Shown here in pieces: positions 21,037 through 33,560 of a DNA stretch of 64,000 nt; the first letter of the stretch is position 1; every line of letters starts with the position of its first letter. Location: sequence record MZ065353.1, one strand, 5' to 3'. A program made the position numbers and the translations under genes. This DNA comes from Escherichia virus KFS-EC3. The notes under the pieces are model-generated. The model was not told where the DNA came from. It saw only the letters and a list, made by a program, of their open reading frames with translations, and ran no database searches.

Positions 21037-21897
21037 ATGAAACAATACCAAGATTTAATTAAAGACATTTTTGAAAATGGCTATGAAACCGATGACCGAA
21101 CGGGCACAGGAACAATTGCTTTGTTCGGTACTAAATTACGCTGGGATTTAACTAAAGGTTTTCCTGCAGTAACAACTAAGAAGCTCGCCTGGAATGCATG
21201 TATTTCTGAGTTACTATGGTTTCTGTCAGGAAGTACTAACGTAAATGATTTACGTCAACGTACTCATGGATCTTTAATTGCAGGAAAAACAATTTGGGAT
21301 GAAAACTACGAAAACCAGGCCAAAGACTTAGGTTATCATAGCGGTGAACTTGGTCCAATTTACGGAAAACAGTGGCGTGATTTTGGTGGTGTAGACCAAA
21401 TTGTAGAAGTTGTTAATCGTATTAAAACATTTCCCAATGATAGACGTCAAATTGTGTCGGCATGGAATCCAGCTGAACTCAAGCAGATGGCATTACCTCC
21501 TTGTCATATGTTCTATCAGTTTAATGTGCGTAACGGATATCTCGATCTCCAATGGTATCAACGTTCGGTAGATGTTTTCCTCGGTCTTCCATTTAACATC
21601 GCGAGTTATGCTGCTCTTTTACATATTGTTGCTGACATGTGTGAACTAGTTCCGGGCGATTTGGTATTCTCGGGTGGTAATACACACATTTATTCTAATC
21701 ATATTGAGCAATGCAAAGAGATATTAAATAGAACTCCTATGGATCTATGCAAACTCAGTATTAATTGGCCTAATGGATTCAGTCAATGCGATACTGAAAC
21801 TCAGATGTATTGGTTAACTGAATATATGACAGCACGGGATTTCGTTCTCAAAGATTATCAGTCCCACGGTGTCCTGAAAGGAAAGATGGCGGTGTAA
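21037..21897 (+). CDS. td: thymidylate synthase, intron-less
   Basis: 286 aa uninterrupted ORF matching T4 TS (spliced form). Confidence 0.97.
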   Translation: MKQYQDLIKDIFENGYETDDRTGTGTIALFGTKLRWDLTKGFPAVTTKKLAWNACISELLWFLSGSTNVNDLRQRTHGSLIAGKTIWDENYENQAKDLGYHSGELGPIYGKQWRDFGGVDQIVEVVNRIKTFPNDRRQIVSAWNPAELKQMALPPCHMFYQFNVRNGYLDLQWYQRSVDVFLGLPFNIASYAALLHIVADMCELVPGDLVFSGGNTHIYSNHIEQCKEILNRTPMDLCKLSINWPNGFSQCDTETQMYWLTEYMTARDFVLKDYQSHGVLKGKMAV

Positions 21898-21920
21898 TTT
21901 TAATTTAATTGAGAGGATAT

Positions 21921-22184
21921 ATGATTTTACGATTTAAGGATACTTCTGGTGTCGTTCTTTTTACACTTCCTAATCCAAGCGAGTTAGAAGTTCCAGGACC
22001 AGAACAACCTATTATCATTTATGGTAAAAAATATTATACTCATAAAATGACTCGTGAGTATTTTGATAATAAAATTTCTACAGTTAAAACTTCTTCTGAT
22101 TGTTATTATGATATTACTGTTTTAACGGAAAAACAATATGACGAATTATTCCAGCGTGGGCCGTCTATGCCGAGTAGTGAATAA
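21921..22184 (+). CDS. hypothetical protein (nrdA.2 position)
   Basis: ATG at 21921 with GAGAGGA RBS; track start 21909 is TTG. Confidence 0.55.
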   Translation: MILRFKDTSGVVLFTLPNPSELEVPGPEQPIIIYGKKYYTHKMTREYFDNKISTVKTSSDCYYDITVLTEKQYDELFQRGPSMPSSE

Positions 22185-22464
22185 ATATAAATCCGACTTT
22201 GATGTTAATATTCACCGTGGTACATTTTGGGGAAATTACGTCGGTAAAGATGCTGGCAGCCGGGAGGCTGCCATTGAATTATTCAAAAAAGATTTTATAC
22301 GTCGAATTAAATCCGGAGAAATAACTAAAGCACATTTAGAGCCTTTACGTGGAATGAGGCTAGGATGCACATGTAAACCAAAGCCGTGTCATGGTGATAT
22401 AATAGCTCATATAGTTAACCGATTGTTTAAAGACGATTTTCAAGTTGAGGACTTATGCAATTAA
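22138..22464 (+). CDS. hypothetical protein with Cys/His cluster (nrdA.1 position)
   Basis: 108 aa; C-terminal [12 protein letters not shown] motif suggests metal binding; start uncertain. Confidence 0.5.
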   Translation: MTNYSSVGRLCRVVNKYKSDFDVNIHRGTFWGNYVGKDAGSREAAIELFKKDFIRRIKSGEITKAHLEPLRGMRLGCTCKPKPCHGDIIAHIVNRLFKDDFQVEDLCN

Positions 22465-24719
22465 TTAATGTTATCAAAAGTAGTGGTGTTTCTCAGAGCT
22501 TTGACCCGCAAAAAATTATTAAAGTTTTATCTTGGGCAGCTGAAGGAACATCTGTAGATCCTTATGAATTATATGAAAATATTAAATCATATCTCCGTGA
22601 TGGAATGACCACTGATGACATTCAAACCATTGTAATTAAGGCTGCTGCGAATTCTATTTCAGTTGAAGAGCCTGATTATCAATATGTAGCTGCACGGTGT
22701 TTAATGTTCGCTCTTCGTAAGCATGTTTACGGGCAGTATGAGCCCCGTTCATTTATTGACCATATTTCTTACTGTGTAAATGAAGGTAAATATGACCCTG
22801 AATTGTTGTCAAAATATTCTGCTGAAGAAATTACATTTTTAGAATCAAAAATTAAGCATGAGCGGGATATGGAATTTACTTATTCCGGGGCGATGCAATT
22901 AAAAGAAAAATATCTAGTTAAAGATAAAACCACTGGTCAAATTTATGAAACTCCACAGTTTGCATTTATGACTATTGGAATGGCATTGCATCAAGATGAA
23001 CCTGTTGATAGATTAAAACACGTTATTCGTTTTTATGAAGCAGTATCTACTCGACAGATTTCATTGCCAACTCCTATTATGGCTGGCTGTCGTACTCCGA
23101 CTCGACAGTTTAGTTCATGCGTTGTTATTGAGGCAGGTGATTCGCTGAAGTCTATCAATAAGGCTTCCGCTTCAATTGTTGAATATATCTCCAAACGCGC
23201 TGGAATTGGTATTAACGTTGGTATGATTCGTGCCGAAGGTTCTAAGATTGGCACAGGTGAAGTACGCCATACTGGTGTTATTCCTTTCTGGAAACATTTT
23301 CAGACTGCTGTTAAATCATGCTCACAGGGTGGAATTCGTGGCGGCGCTGCTACTGCTTATTATCCTATTTGGCATTTGGAAGTTGAAAATCTTCTCGTTT
23401 TGAAAAATAACAAAGGTGTAGAAGAAAACCGTATCCGTCATATGGATTATGGCGTTCAACTGAATGACCTAATGATGGAACGATTCGGAAAGAATGATTA
23501 CATTACTTTGTTCAGTCCGCATGAAATGGGTGGCGAACTTTATTATTCTTATTTTAAAGACCAAGACCGTTTCCGTGAATTGTACGAAGCCGCAGAAAAA
23601 GACCCTAATATTCGTAAAAAGCGTATTAAAGCCCGTGAACTGTTTGAATTGCTCATGACTGAACGCTCAGGAACAGCAAGGATTTATGTACAGTTCATAG
23701 ATAATACGAATAACTATACTCCGTTTATTCGTGAAAAGGCACCTATTCGTCAGAGTAACTTGTGTTGTGAAATTGCTATTCCAACAAATGATGTGAATAG
23801 TCCTGATGCTGAAATTGGATTGTGTACGTTATCTGCATTTGTGTTAGATAACTTTGACTGGCAAGACCAAGATAAAATTAATGAATTGGCAGAAGTCCAA
23901 GTTCGTGCTCTTGATAATCTTTTGGACTACCAAGGATATCCAGTTCCTGAAGCAGAAAAAGCTAAAAAGCGTCGAAACCTTGGTGTAGGTGTTACTAACT
24001 ATGCAGCTTGGCTGGCAAGTAATTTTGCTTCTTATGAAGATGCTAACGATTTAACACATGAACTATTTGAGAGATTACAGTATGGACTCATTAAAGCATC
24101 CATTAAGCTCGCCAAAGAAAAAGGACCTTGCGAATATTATTCAGACACTCGTTGGTCTCGAGGCGAATTACCTATCGACTGGTACAATAAAAAGATTGAC
24201 CAAATCGCAGCTCCAAAATACGTTTGTGACTGGTCGTCGCTGCGGGAAGACCTTAAGCTCTTTGGCATCCGTAATAGCACATTATCAGCACTTATGCCAT
24301 GTGAGTCATCTTCCCAAGTTTCTAACAGTACAAACGGTATCGAGCCTCCACGTGGACCAGTCTCTGTTAAAGAATCAAAAGAGGGCTCCTTTAATCAAGT
24401 CGTGCCCAATATTGAGCATAACATAGACCTGTATGATTATACGTGGAAATTAGCTAAGAAAGGTAATAAACCTTATCTTACGCAAGTAGCTATTATGCTG
24501 AAATGGGTATGTCAATCAGCTTCAGCGAATACATATTATGACCCGCAGATTTTTCCAAAAGGAAAGGTTCCAATGTCAATAATGATTGATGACCTTTTGT
24601 ATTTTTGGTATTTTGGCGGAAAAAATTTCTATTATCATAATACCCGTGATGGTTCTGGTACTGATGATTATGAAATAGAAACTCCAAAAGCTGAAGATTG
24701 TTCATCCTGTAAATTATGA
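22455..24719 (+). CDS. nrdA: aerobic ribonucleotide reductase large subunit
   Basis: 754 aa, T4 NrdA length, ATP-cone N-terminus. Confidence 0.97.
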   Translation: MQLINVIKSSGVSQSFDPQKIIKVLSWAAEGTSVDPYELYENIKSYLRDGMTTDDIQTIVIKAAANSISVEEPDYQYVAARCLMFALRKHVYGQYEPRSFIDHISYCVNEGKYDPELLSKYSAEEITFLESKIKHERDMEFTYSGAMQLKEKYLVKDKTTGQIYETPQFAFMTIGMALHQDEPVDRLKHVIRFYEAVSTRQISLPTPIMAGCRTPTRQFSSCVVIEAGDSLKSINKASASIVEYISKRAGIGINVGMIRAEGSKIGTGEVRHTGVIPFWKHFQTAVKSCSQGGIRGGAATAYYPIWHLEVENLLVLKNNKGVEENRIRHMDYGVQLNDLMMERFGKNDYITLFSPHEMGGELYYSYFKDQDRFRELYEAAEKDPNIRKKRIKARELFELLMTERSGTARIYVQFIDNTNNYTPFIREKAPIRQSNLCCEIAIPTNDVNSPDAEIGLCTLSAFVLDNFDWQDQDKINELAEVQVRALDNLLDYQGYPVPEAEKAKKRRNLGVGVTNYAAWLASNFASYEDANDLTHELFERLQYGLIKASIKLAKEKGPCEYYSDTRWSRGELPIDWYNKKIDQIAAPKYVCDWSSLREDLKLFGIRNSTLSALMPCESSSQVSNSTNGIEPPRGPVSVKESKEGSFNQVVPNIEHNIDLYDYTWKLAKKGNKPYLTQVAIMLKWVCQSASANTYYDPQIFPKGKVPMSIMIDDLLYFWYFGGKNFYYHNTRDGSGTDDYEIETPKAEDCSSCKL

Positions 24720-24770
24720 TATAATTTGACTCACGGACGAGTCACTATCTATTAACTAAGCGGAAAATTT

Positions 24771-25949
24771 ATGAGCACAGTTTTTAATACAAATCCAGTT
24801 GATGTTTTAAAAGAACCTATGTTCTTCGGTTCAGGTCTTGGTATTGCGCGTTATGATATTCAACGTCATAAAGTTTTTGAAGATTTAACCGAAAAGCAAT
24901 TGTCATTTTTCTGGCGTCCTGAAGAAGTAAACTTGATGATGGATGCTGCACAATTTAACAAGCTTCCTCAGTATCAGCAAGATATTTTTACTAATAACCT
25001 GAAGTATCAATCACTTCTAGATAGCATTCAGGGTCGTGCACCTTCTGCTGTACTTATGTCATTAATTTCAGACCCAAGCCTTGATACATGGGTTGCTACA
25101 TGGACTTTTAGTGAAACTATTCACAGCCGTTCATATACTCATATTATGCGGAATCTTTATACTGATCCGTCAAAAGTATTTGATGAGATTGTATTAGATA
25201 AAGCTATAATGAAACGTGCTGAATCTATTGGTCGTTATTATGATGATGTTATTAAGAAAACTAGATATTGGCAGAATGCTAAAGCTGATATTGAGTACCA
25301 AAAAGAAATTAACGCAGACGAAGATGATATTAAAGATGCCATAGAGCATGAAATGTATTGGAAACGTGAACTAATGCGCTCTCTTTACCTCTGCCTGCAC
25401 GTAATCAACGCACTGGAAGCTATTCGTTTTTACGTATCTTTCGCATGTACCTTTAACTTCCATAAAAACATGGAAATCATGGAAGGTAATGCCAAGATTA
25501 TGAAGTTCATTGCACGTGATGAACAGCTTCACCTTAAAGGCACCCAATATATTATTCGTCAACTTCAACTTGGCACTGATGGTGATGAATGGGTTAAAAT
25601 CGCCCAAGAGTGTGAACAAGAAGCAGTTGATATTTTCATGGAAGTTAACCGTCAAGAAAAAGACTGGGCAGTTCATTTATTTAAAGATGGCGATGTTCCT
25701 GGATTAAATACAAATAGCATGTGGAGCTTTATTGATTACTTAACTGTATCTCGTATGAAACAGTGCGGTCTTCCATGCCCAATTACCGATGCTCCGGTTA
25801 AACATCCGTATCCTTGGATTCGTGAATATCTTAATTCTGATAATGTTCAATCCGCGCCGCAAGAAGTAGAACTGTCATCTTATCTTGTAGCACAGATTGA
25901 TAATGATGTTGATGATAAAGTTATGATGAGTTTTAAAAAATATTTTTAA
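24771..25949 (+). CDS. nrdB: ribonucleotide reductase small subunit, intron-less
   Basis: 392 aa uninterrupted; only 51 nt after nrdA. Confidence 0.97.
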   Translation: MSTVFNTNPVDVLKEPMFFGSGLGIARYDIQRHKVFEDLTEKQLSFFWRPEEVNLMMDAAQFNKLPQYQQDIFTNNLKYQSLLDSIQGRAPSAVLMSLISDPSLDTWVATWTFSETIHSRSYTHIMRNLYTDPSKVFDEIVLDKAIMKRAESIGRYYDDVIKKTRYWQNAKADIEYQKEINADEDDIKDAIEHEMYWKRELMRSLYLCLHVINALEAIRFYVSFACTFNFHKNMEIMEGNAKIMKFIARDEQLHLKGTQYIIRQLQLGTDGDEWVKIAQECEQEAVDIFMEVNRQEKDWAVHLFKDGDVPGLNTNSMWSFIDYLTVSRMKQCGLPCPITDAPVKHPYPWIREYLNSDNVQSAPQEVELSSYLVAQIDNDVDDKVMMSFKKYF

Positions 25950-25953
25950 GGAG

Positions 25954-25976
25954 TGGGCCGCAAGGCCCATTTTATT
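25954..25976 (+). promoter_or_regulatory. hairpin (GCAA loop) + T-tract between nrdB stop and denA start
   Basis: UGGGCC-GCAA-GGCCCA lies between AAGGAG and the denA ATG; may act as terminator and/or bring the SD close to the start. Confidence 0.45.
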
Positions 25977-27564
<1,588 letters not shown>

Positions 27565-27567
27565 GCT

Positions 27568-27620
27568 GTTTACAAGTCCCTCGTGTTGTGTTATAGTAAT
27601 CTTACTGATATAACATGAGG
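27568..27620 (+). promoter_or_regulatory. early promoter (GTTTAC ... TATAGT) within 53-bp repeat, copy 1, upstream of alc
   Basis: 52 of 53 nt identical to 43198-43250; embedded imperfect hairpin whose 3' arm contains the SD. Confidence 0.55.
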
Positions 27621-27625
27621 ACTTT

Positions 27626-28132
27626 ATGATGGATTTGCAGCTTATTACTACTGAGATGGTCGTTGAAGCATACGGTGATACTACAGATGGGATTTCTGTA
27701 TTTAAAGGAAATCGTCGAGTTGGATATATCACCGATCTTAAGAAAGATTTAGCTAAACAAGTCAAGCGGAAAACGACCATTAAAGAATATCGAAATCGTC
27801 GTCTTGAGCAAGCTCGTGATATGCTTCCTGATGCGGTTGAGGAGATGAAAGTCTTTTTAGAAAATCAGCTTGCGAAATATGATTGTGATGTGTTCATTAA
27901 TCAGACTCAACCTAATGTTCATATTAACAACTGTAAATGCTATATCATCGTTAATCCTTTAACTGGAAAACATCGTCTTGGAATTAGTAATCCAAATCGT
28001 AGCGCATCGGATATGGCAGAAGATGTTGAGGCATGCTTTAAAATTTCTAAATCTCCTGCTGAACATCATATTTTAATTAACGGTCTTTCTCAAGACGATA
28101 TTATAGAGGTTATTAAAACTTTATGCAATTAA
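27626..28132 (+). CDS. alc: Alc (blocks transcription of cytosine-containing DNA)
   Basis: 168 aa (T4 Alc about 167 aa) between rnlA and pseT; start may be second ATG at 27629. Confidence 0.8.
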   Translation: MMDLQLITTEMVVEAYGDTTDGISVFKGNRRVGYITDLKKDLAKQVKRKTTIKEYRNRRLEQARDMLPDAVEEMKVFLENQLAKYDCDVFINQTQPNVHINNCKCYIIVNPLTGKHRLGISNPNRSASDMAEDVEACFKISKSPAEHHILINGLSQDDIIEVIKTLCN

Positions 28133-28476
28133 GTAATACGACAGCAGGCTTGCTATTAATTGTAATTGCATTGGGCGGAACTTCTTTAATTTTAAAAAAT
28201 AAAATTGAAAGATTAGAAACGTCTGTTGTAGAAATTACAAAAACGGCCAATGAAAACGCTTTAGCATTAAATAATTTGCGAATTCAGTATAATTATATTG
28301 ATGCGATGAATAATAAAAATCGTGAGGCAATTGCTGCTATTGAGCGTGAAAATGAAAAACTGCGCAAAGACGCAAAGAAGGCGGATGTGGTGGCTCATAA
28401 GCCAGGATTGGTTGAAAAACAAATCAACAACTCCTTCAACAAGTTTGCAGAAGACATCCAGGACCTTTCTAAATGA
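28123..28476 (+). CDS. i-spanin (Rz-like; pseT.3 position)
   Basis: N-terminal TM helix followed by coiled-coil-like charged region; paired with downstream lipoprotein. Confidence 0.7.
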   Translation: MQLSNTTAGLLLIVIALGGTSLILKNKIERLETSVVEITKTANENALALNNLRIQYNYIDAMNNKNREAIAAIERENEKLRKDAKKADVVAHKPGLVEKQINNSFNKFAEDIQDLSK

Positions 28477-28772
28477 TTAAACTATCAGCAGTAATATTAT
28501 CTATTGGTCTTCTAGTTGGTTGTTCGACAAAGCCTCTAGAAGTAAAGAAAGAAACAGTTCATCCTAATTGGCCAGTACAAATAAAGTCATATGATGAAGC
28601 TAAACTATCCTGGCAAGTTAAAGTTATTGATGGTAAAGCTTGGGTCGGTATGCCATTCGAAGATTCCCAGGAATTTCGTATTTGGCTTAATGATGTAAAA
28701 CGATATGTACATGATCAGAAAACTATGATATGTTATTATCGCCAAGAGTTAAAAGAGGATAAATGCAAATGA
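28473..28772 (+). CDS. o-spanin lipoprotein (Rz1-like; pseT.2 position)
   Basis: Signal peptide with lipobox LVGC at residues 14-17. Confidence 0.7.
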   Translation: MIKLSAVILSIGLLVGCSTKPLEVKKETVHPNWPVQIKSYDEAKLSWQVKVIDGKAWVGMPFEDSQEFRIWLNDVKRYVHDQKTMICYYRQELKEDKCK

Positions 28773-28993
28773 TTTCATGGCATCAATTTGAACATCTCAA
28801 AGGATTGATTTATGAATCCGAGATGGCTGCAATGATTTACGGACGCCAGATTCAGCGGTTAGAATCTTTACCTCCAACTAATGATGTTTTATTAGCTCAA
28901 TCACGTGCTAATCTTAAAAATGAATACCAAAATAAGTGGGGTAAAGCATCTAAAGACTTGCATGATTATATTCAATCATTGGTTGAGAAATAA
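28763..28993 (+). CDS. hypothetical protein
   Basis: 76-aa ORF. Confidence 0.55.
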   Translation: MQMISWHQFEHLKGLIYESEMAAMIYGRQIQRLESLPPTNDVLLAQSRANLKNEYQNKWGKASKDLHDYIQSLVEK

Positions 28994-28996
28994 TAA

Positions 28997-30221
<1,225 letters not shown>

Positions 30222-30222
<1 letters not shown>

Positions 30223-30419
30223 TGGCGTGGCATCATGAAACTTGGTCTATTGTTATTGTAAATAGTGGTTTAGTTGGTACTAGTAATGGGCAATTTTGTG
30301 TATTCACTAGTGAAATCAGAGCTTGGGAGGAATGTCTTAAATTAAGAGAAAAGAATCCTGATGTTGAACTAACAGTAAAGAAAACTAAACTACCTTTACC
30401 ATGGAAAACTTATGAATAA
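30222..30419 (+). CDS. hypothetical protein (cd.x block)
   Basis: ATG overlaps pseT stop; 65 aa. Confidence 0.5.
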
Positions 30420-30612
30420 CATAGAAAAGATTTATCGACTTTGTGATAGAATTGAAAAAGAAAAGAAATATCTATTTTGTTTATGGCCTATTGTTGATGG
30501 AAGAGTAGGCTTAGATGTTCTTGATTATGAAACAGAAGACAAAGTAGATGGTTCAACTTTTGATAATGCGTTGGATGTTATTGATTGGCTTGAAGAAAAT
30601 TATGTGAGGTAA
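30412..30612 (+). CDS. hypothetical protein (cd.x block)
   Basis: 66-aa ORF. Confidence 0.55.
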   Translation: MNNIEKIYRLCDRIEKEKKYLFCLWPIVDGRVGLDVLDYETEDKVDGSTFDNALDVIDWLEENYVR

Positions 30613-30614
30613 AT

Positions 30615-30890
30615 ATGTTTCCAACTTACTCTAAAATCGTAGAAGTAGTGTTTAGCCAAATTATCGCTAATAATATGTTTGAAAAGCTTGATAACGCAGC
30701 TGAGCTTCGAATTCATGCTCAAGTGACTCATGTATTGAACACTTTGCTTCCAGACCAGGTGGATTCTATTGCCATTACGCTGTATCCAAGTTCAGCACAT
30801 ATCATTGTCGTATTTGGTCTTGATGCTGAGCTAGTCATCAAAGGCGATATTCGTTTTGAATCGCAGACATCAGAATTCAAAGCAATTTAA
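30615..30890 (+). CDS. hypothetical protein (cd.x block)
   Basis: 91-aa ORF. Confidence 0.55.
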   Translation: MFPTYSKIVEVVFSQIIANNMFEKLDNAAELRIHAQVTHVLNTLLPDQVDSIAITLYPSSAHIIVVFGLDAELVIKGDIRFESQTSEFKAI

Positions 30891-30952
30891 TAGTTTACTT
30901 TACGGTAGAGTTGTGATATTATAGCTCTACCAAAATAAATGAGGAAATTGAA

Positions 30953-31480
30953 ATGAGCGAATGGTTTGAAGAAGATAAGGTTTATCGCTTTAAAGCTGGA
31001 TATAAAGATATTTTTAATGAAACTTGTGGGGCTAATAAACGAATTGCTCAGTTTATTGGGGAAAATTCATTTAAAGTAAAAATAGATCCTGCGAAAAATG
31101 TTATTAGCATTAAACGCGAAATTGACGATTGCTGGTATAAAGCTGTTGATGTAATGGGCGAATCCTATAAAGTTAGCCCGTTATTTTCAATTGCTTATAT
31201 GTTAGAATATTCTTTTTTCGAAGAAGTTCAAAAAGATGATTCTGTCAGTAAATTTGAAATTAAAACTGATAAAGAAATTAAGTGGAAAGTAGTAGGTATT
31301 ACTGGTTGTATGTTTTATATCTATGCTCAAACTGATACGAAGGAAGAAGCTAAAAAGAAAGCTCTAGAATATCTTGAAGAGTATGAAGAAGGCCCGGTAA
31401 TGATTACCCAAGATGCCGAATTAGTTTCTGTCAAATTAGTTAAAAACGTTGAAAGTAAGGAGCTAGGATCAACATGCTAA
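30953..31480 (+). CDS. hypothetical protein (cd.x block)
   Basis: 175-aa ORF with RBS. Confidence 0.6.
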   Translation: MSEWFEEDKVYRFKAGYKDIFNETCGANKRIAQFIGENSFKVKIDPAKNVISIKREIDDCWYKAVDVMGESYKVSPLFSIAYMLEYSFFEEVQKDDSVSKFEIKTDKEIKWKVVGITGCMFYIYAQTDTKEEAKKKALEYLEEYEEGPVMITQDAELVSVKLVKNVESKELGSTC

Positions 31481-31710
31481 GCGAAAAACCAATTATTGTT
31501 AAAGAATTCCAAGAAAAAGTTAAACTATTTGCTCAGGAATTGGTAAATAAGGTTTCTGAACGATTTCCAGAAACATCGGTTCGTGTTATTACCGAAACTC
31601 CTCGTTCAGTATTAGTAATTGTGAATCCAGGTGATGGTGATCAAATAACACATCTCAAATTGGATTTTGATGGATTAGTTGAAGCACAAAGGGTGTATGG
31701 CGTACTATGA
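31474..31710 (+). CDS. hypothetical protein (cd.x block)
   Basis: 78-aa ORF. Confidence 0.55.
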   Translation: MLSEKPIIVKEFQEKVKLFAQELVNKVSERFPETSVRVITETPRSVLVIVNPGDGDQITHLKLDFDGLVEAQRVYGVL

Positions 31711-32045
31711 TGAATTTAACTGATATAATTGATAATTGTCTTGAAAATGATACTGGCGATCATAGAGCGCTTGACTCTGAAACAGCACAGTTCATTAGAA
31801 TAACTTTAATGAATGATACTCTAGTGAATAGTATTCATCCTTCTGTGTATGATGCTATTATTGTGACGAAGTATCCGGTTGAGCTTCACAAAAAGATGGC
31901 TGGTGCAATTTTTATTGATAAGAAAAACCGCTTTAAAGATGGGCAGAATATAATTAGTTCTGTTATTAAAAGTATAACTAAACTTCGTCACGAAATTTAT
32001 CGTGGTGAAACTGCTAAATCTGCTTATCTGGTGATTATGAAATGA
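31707..32045 (+). CDS. hypothetical protein (cd.x block)
   Basis: 112-aa ORF. Confidence 0.55.
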   Translation: MMNLTDIIDNCLENDTGDHRALDSETAQFIRITLMNDTLVNSIHPSVYDAIIVTKYPVELHKKMAGAIFIDKKNRFKDGQNIISSVIKSITKLRHEIYRGETAKSAYLVIMK

Positions 32046-32623
32046 AAGCGAGTACAGTACTTCAAATTGCATATTTAGTATCACAAGAATCAAAATGTTG
32101 CTCCTGGAAGGTAGGAGCAGTAATTGAAAAGAATGGACGTATTATTTCTACCGGATATAATGGTTCACCTGCCGGGGGTGTGAACTGCTGCGATTATGCT
32201 GCTGAGCAAGGTTGGTTGCTGAATAAGCCTAAACATACTATCATTCAAGGTCATAAGCCTGAATGTGTATCGTTTGGTTCAACTGATCGTTTTGTCTTGG
32301 CGAAAGAACACCGTAGCGCTCACTCTGAATGGTCGTCTAAAAATGAAATTCATGCTGAACTAAATGCGATTTTGTTTGCTGCACGAAACGGTTCTTCAAT
32401 TGAAGGTGCTACTATGTATGTAACACTTTCTCCTTGTCCGGATTGTGCAAAAGCCATAGCTCAATCTGGAATTAAAAAACTGGTTTATTGCGAAACATAC
32501 GATAAGAATAAACCTGGCTGGGATGATATTCTGCGAAATGCAGGTATTGAAGTGTTTAATGTTCCTAAGAAAAACTTGAATAAGTTAAATTGGGAAAATA
32601 TCAACGAATTCTGTGGTGAATAA
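32042..32623 (+). CDS. cd: dCMP deaminase
   Basis: 193 aa; zinc-binding deaminase motifs (HAELNA ... PCPDC). Confidence 0.95.
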   Translation: MKASTVLQIAYLVSQESKCCSWKVGAVIEKNGRIISTGYNGSPAGGVNCCDYAAEQGWLLNKPKHTIIQGHKPECVSFGSTDRFVLAKEHRSAHSEWSSKNEIHAELNAILFAARNGSSIEGATMYVTLSPCPDCAKAIAQSGIKKLVYCETYDKNKPGWDDILRNAGIEVFNVPKKNLNKLNWENINEFCGE

Positions 32624-32859
32624 TGAAATTTCGTTTGGTACAGCTCACAGCAATTAGTTCTTATTCTAACGAGAACATTTCATTTGCTGTAGAGTATAAG
32701 AAGTATTTTTTCTCTAAATGGAAACAGTATTATAAGTCAGAATGGGTTTGTATTGATAGGCCGTATAGTTGGAAATCTGATTTAGAAAAATGCCAAAAGT
32801 TGCTTTCCACTCTTAAAGAACGTGGAACAACCCATATTAAAACTGTAATAGGTAAATAA
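32623..32859 (+). CDS. hypothetical protein (31.2 position)
   Basis: 78-aa ORF. Confidence 0.55.
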   Translation: MKFRLVQLTAISSYSNENISFAVEYKKYFFSKWKQYYKSEWVCIDRPYSWKSDLEKCQKLLSTLKERGTTHIKTVIGK

Positions 32860-33168
32860 ATGAAATTGACAACTGAACAGAAAGTAGCAATTCGTGAAAT
32901 TTTGAAAACTAAATTGTCCATGGGTATTTCAAACGTGGTTTTTGAAAAGTCTGATGGTACTATTCGTACCATGAAAGGCACTCGTGATGCAGACTTTATG
33001 CCAACCATGCAAACTGGTAAATTGACTGAATCTGCTCGGAAAGAATCTACTGATATGATTCCGGTATTTGATGTTGAACTCGGTGCATGGCGAGGTTTTT
33101 CTATTGACAAATTGATTTCCGTTAATGGCATGAAAGTTGAGCATTTGCTTCAATTTATTGGTAAATAA
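32860..33168 (+). CDS. hypothetical protein (31.1 position)
   Basis: 102-aa ORF. Confidence 0.55.
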   Translation: MKLTTEQKVAIREILKTKLSMGISNVVFEKSDGTIRTMKGTRDADFMPTMQTGKLTESARKESTDMIPVFDVELGAWRGFSIDKLISVNGMKVEHLLQFIGK

Positions 33169-33195
33169 ATGCTTTAAGAATTATTTGTTATTATT
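33167..33195 (+). promoter_or_regulatory. MotA-dependent middle promoter upstream of gene 31
   Basis: AAATGCTTTA matches the MotA box consensus, followed about 12 nt later by a TAnnnT -10. Confidence 0.5.
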
Positions 33196-33224
33196 AATTC
33201 ATCTGTTAACAAAAAGGAAAAACG

Positions 33225-33560
33225 ATGTCTGAAGTACAACAGCTACCAATTCGTGCTGTCGGTGAATATGTTATTTTAGTTTCTGAACCTGCGCAAGCCG
33301 GTGATGAAGAAGTTACAGAATCAGGACTTATTATTGGTAAACGTGTCCAAGGTGAAGTTCCTGAACTGTGTGTAGTTCACTCTGTTGGTCCTGATGTTCC
33401 TGAAGGTTTCTGCGAAGTTGGTGATTTGACTTCTCTTCCAGTTGGTCAAATTCGAAACGTTCCTCATCCTTTTGTAGCTCTGGGTCTTAAGCAGCCAAAA
33501 GAAATTAAGCAAAAATTCGTTACCTGTCACTATAAAGCTATTCCGTGTCTTTATAAGTGA
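33225..33560 (+). CDS. 31: gp31 co-chaperonin (GroES-like)
   Basis: 111 aa, T4 gp31 length and sequence. Confidence 0.93.

Noticed and set aside
21037-25949. Expectation of group I introns in td and nrdB and of a mobE gene between nrdA and nrdB, as in T4
   Set aside because: Both ORFs are continuous at full length and the nrdA-nrdB gap is 51 nt; nothing intron-like is present.
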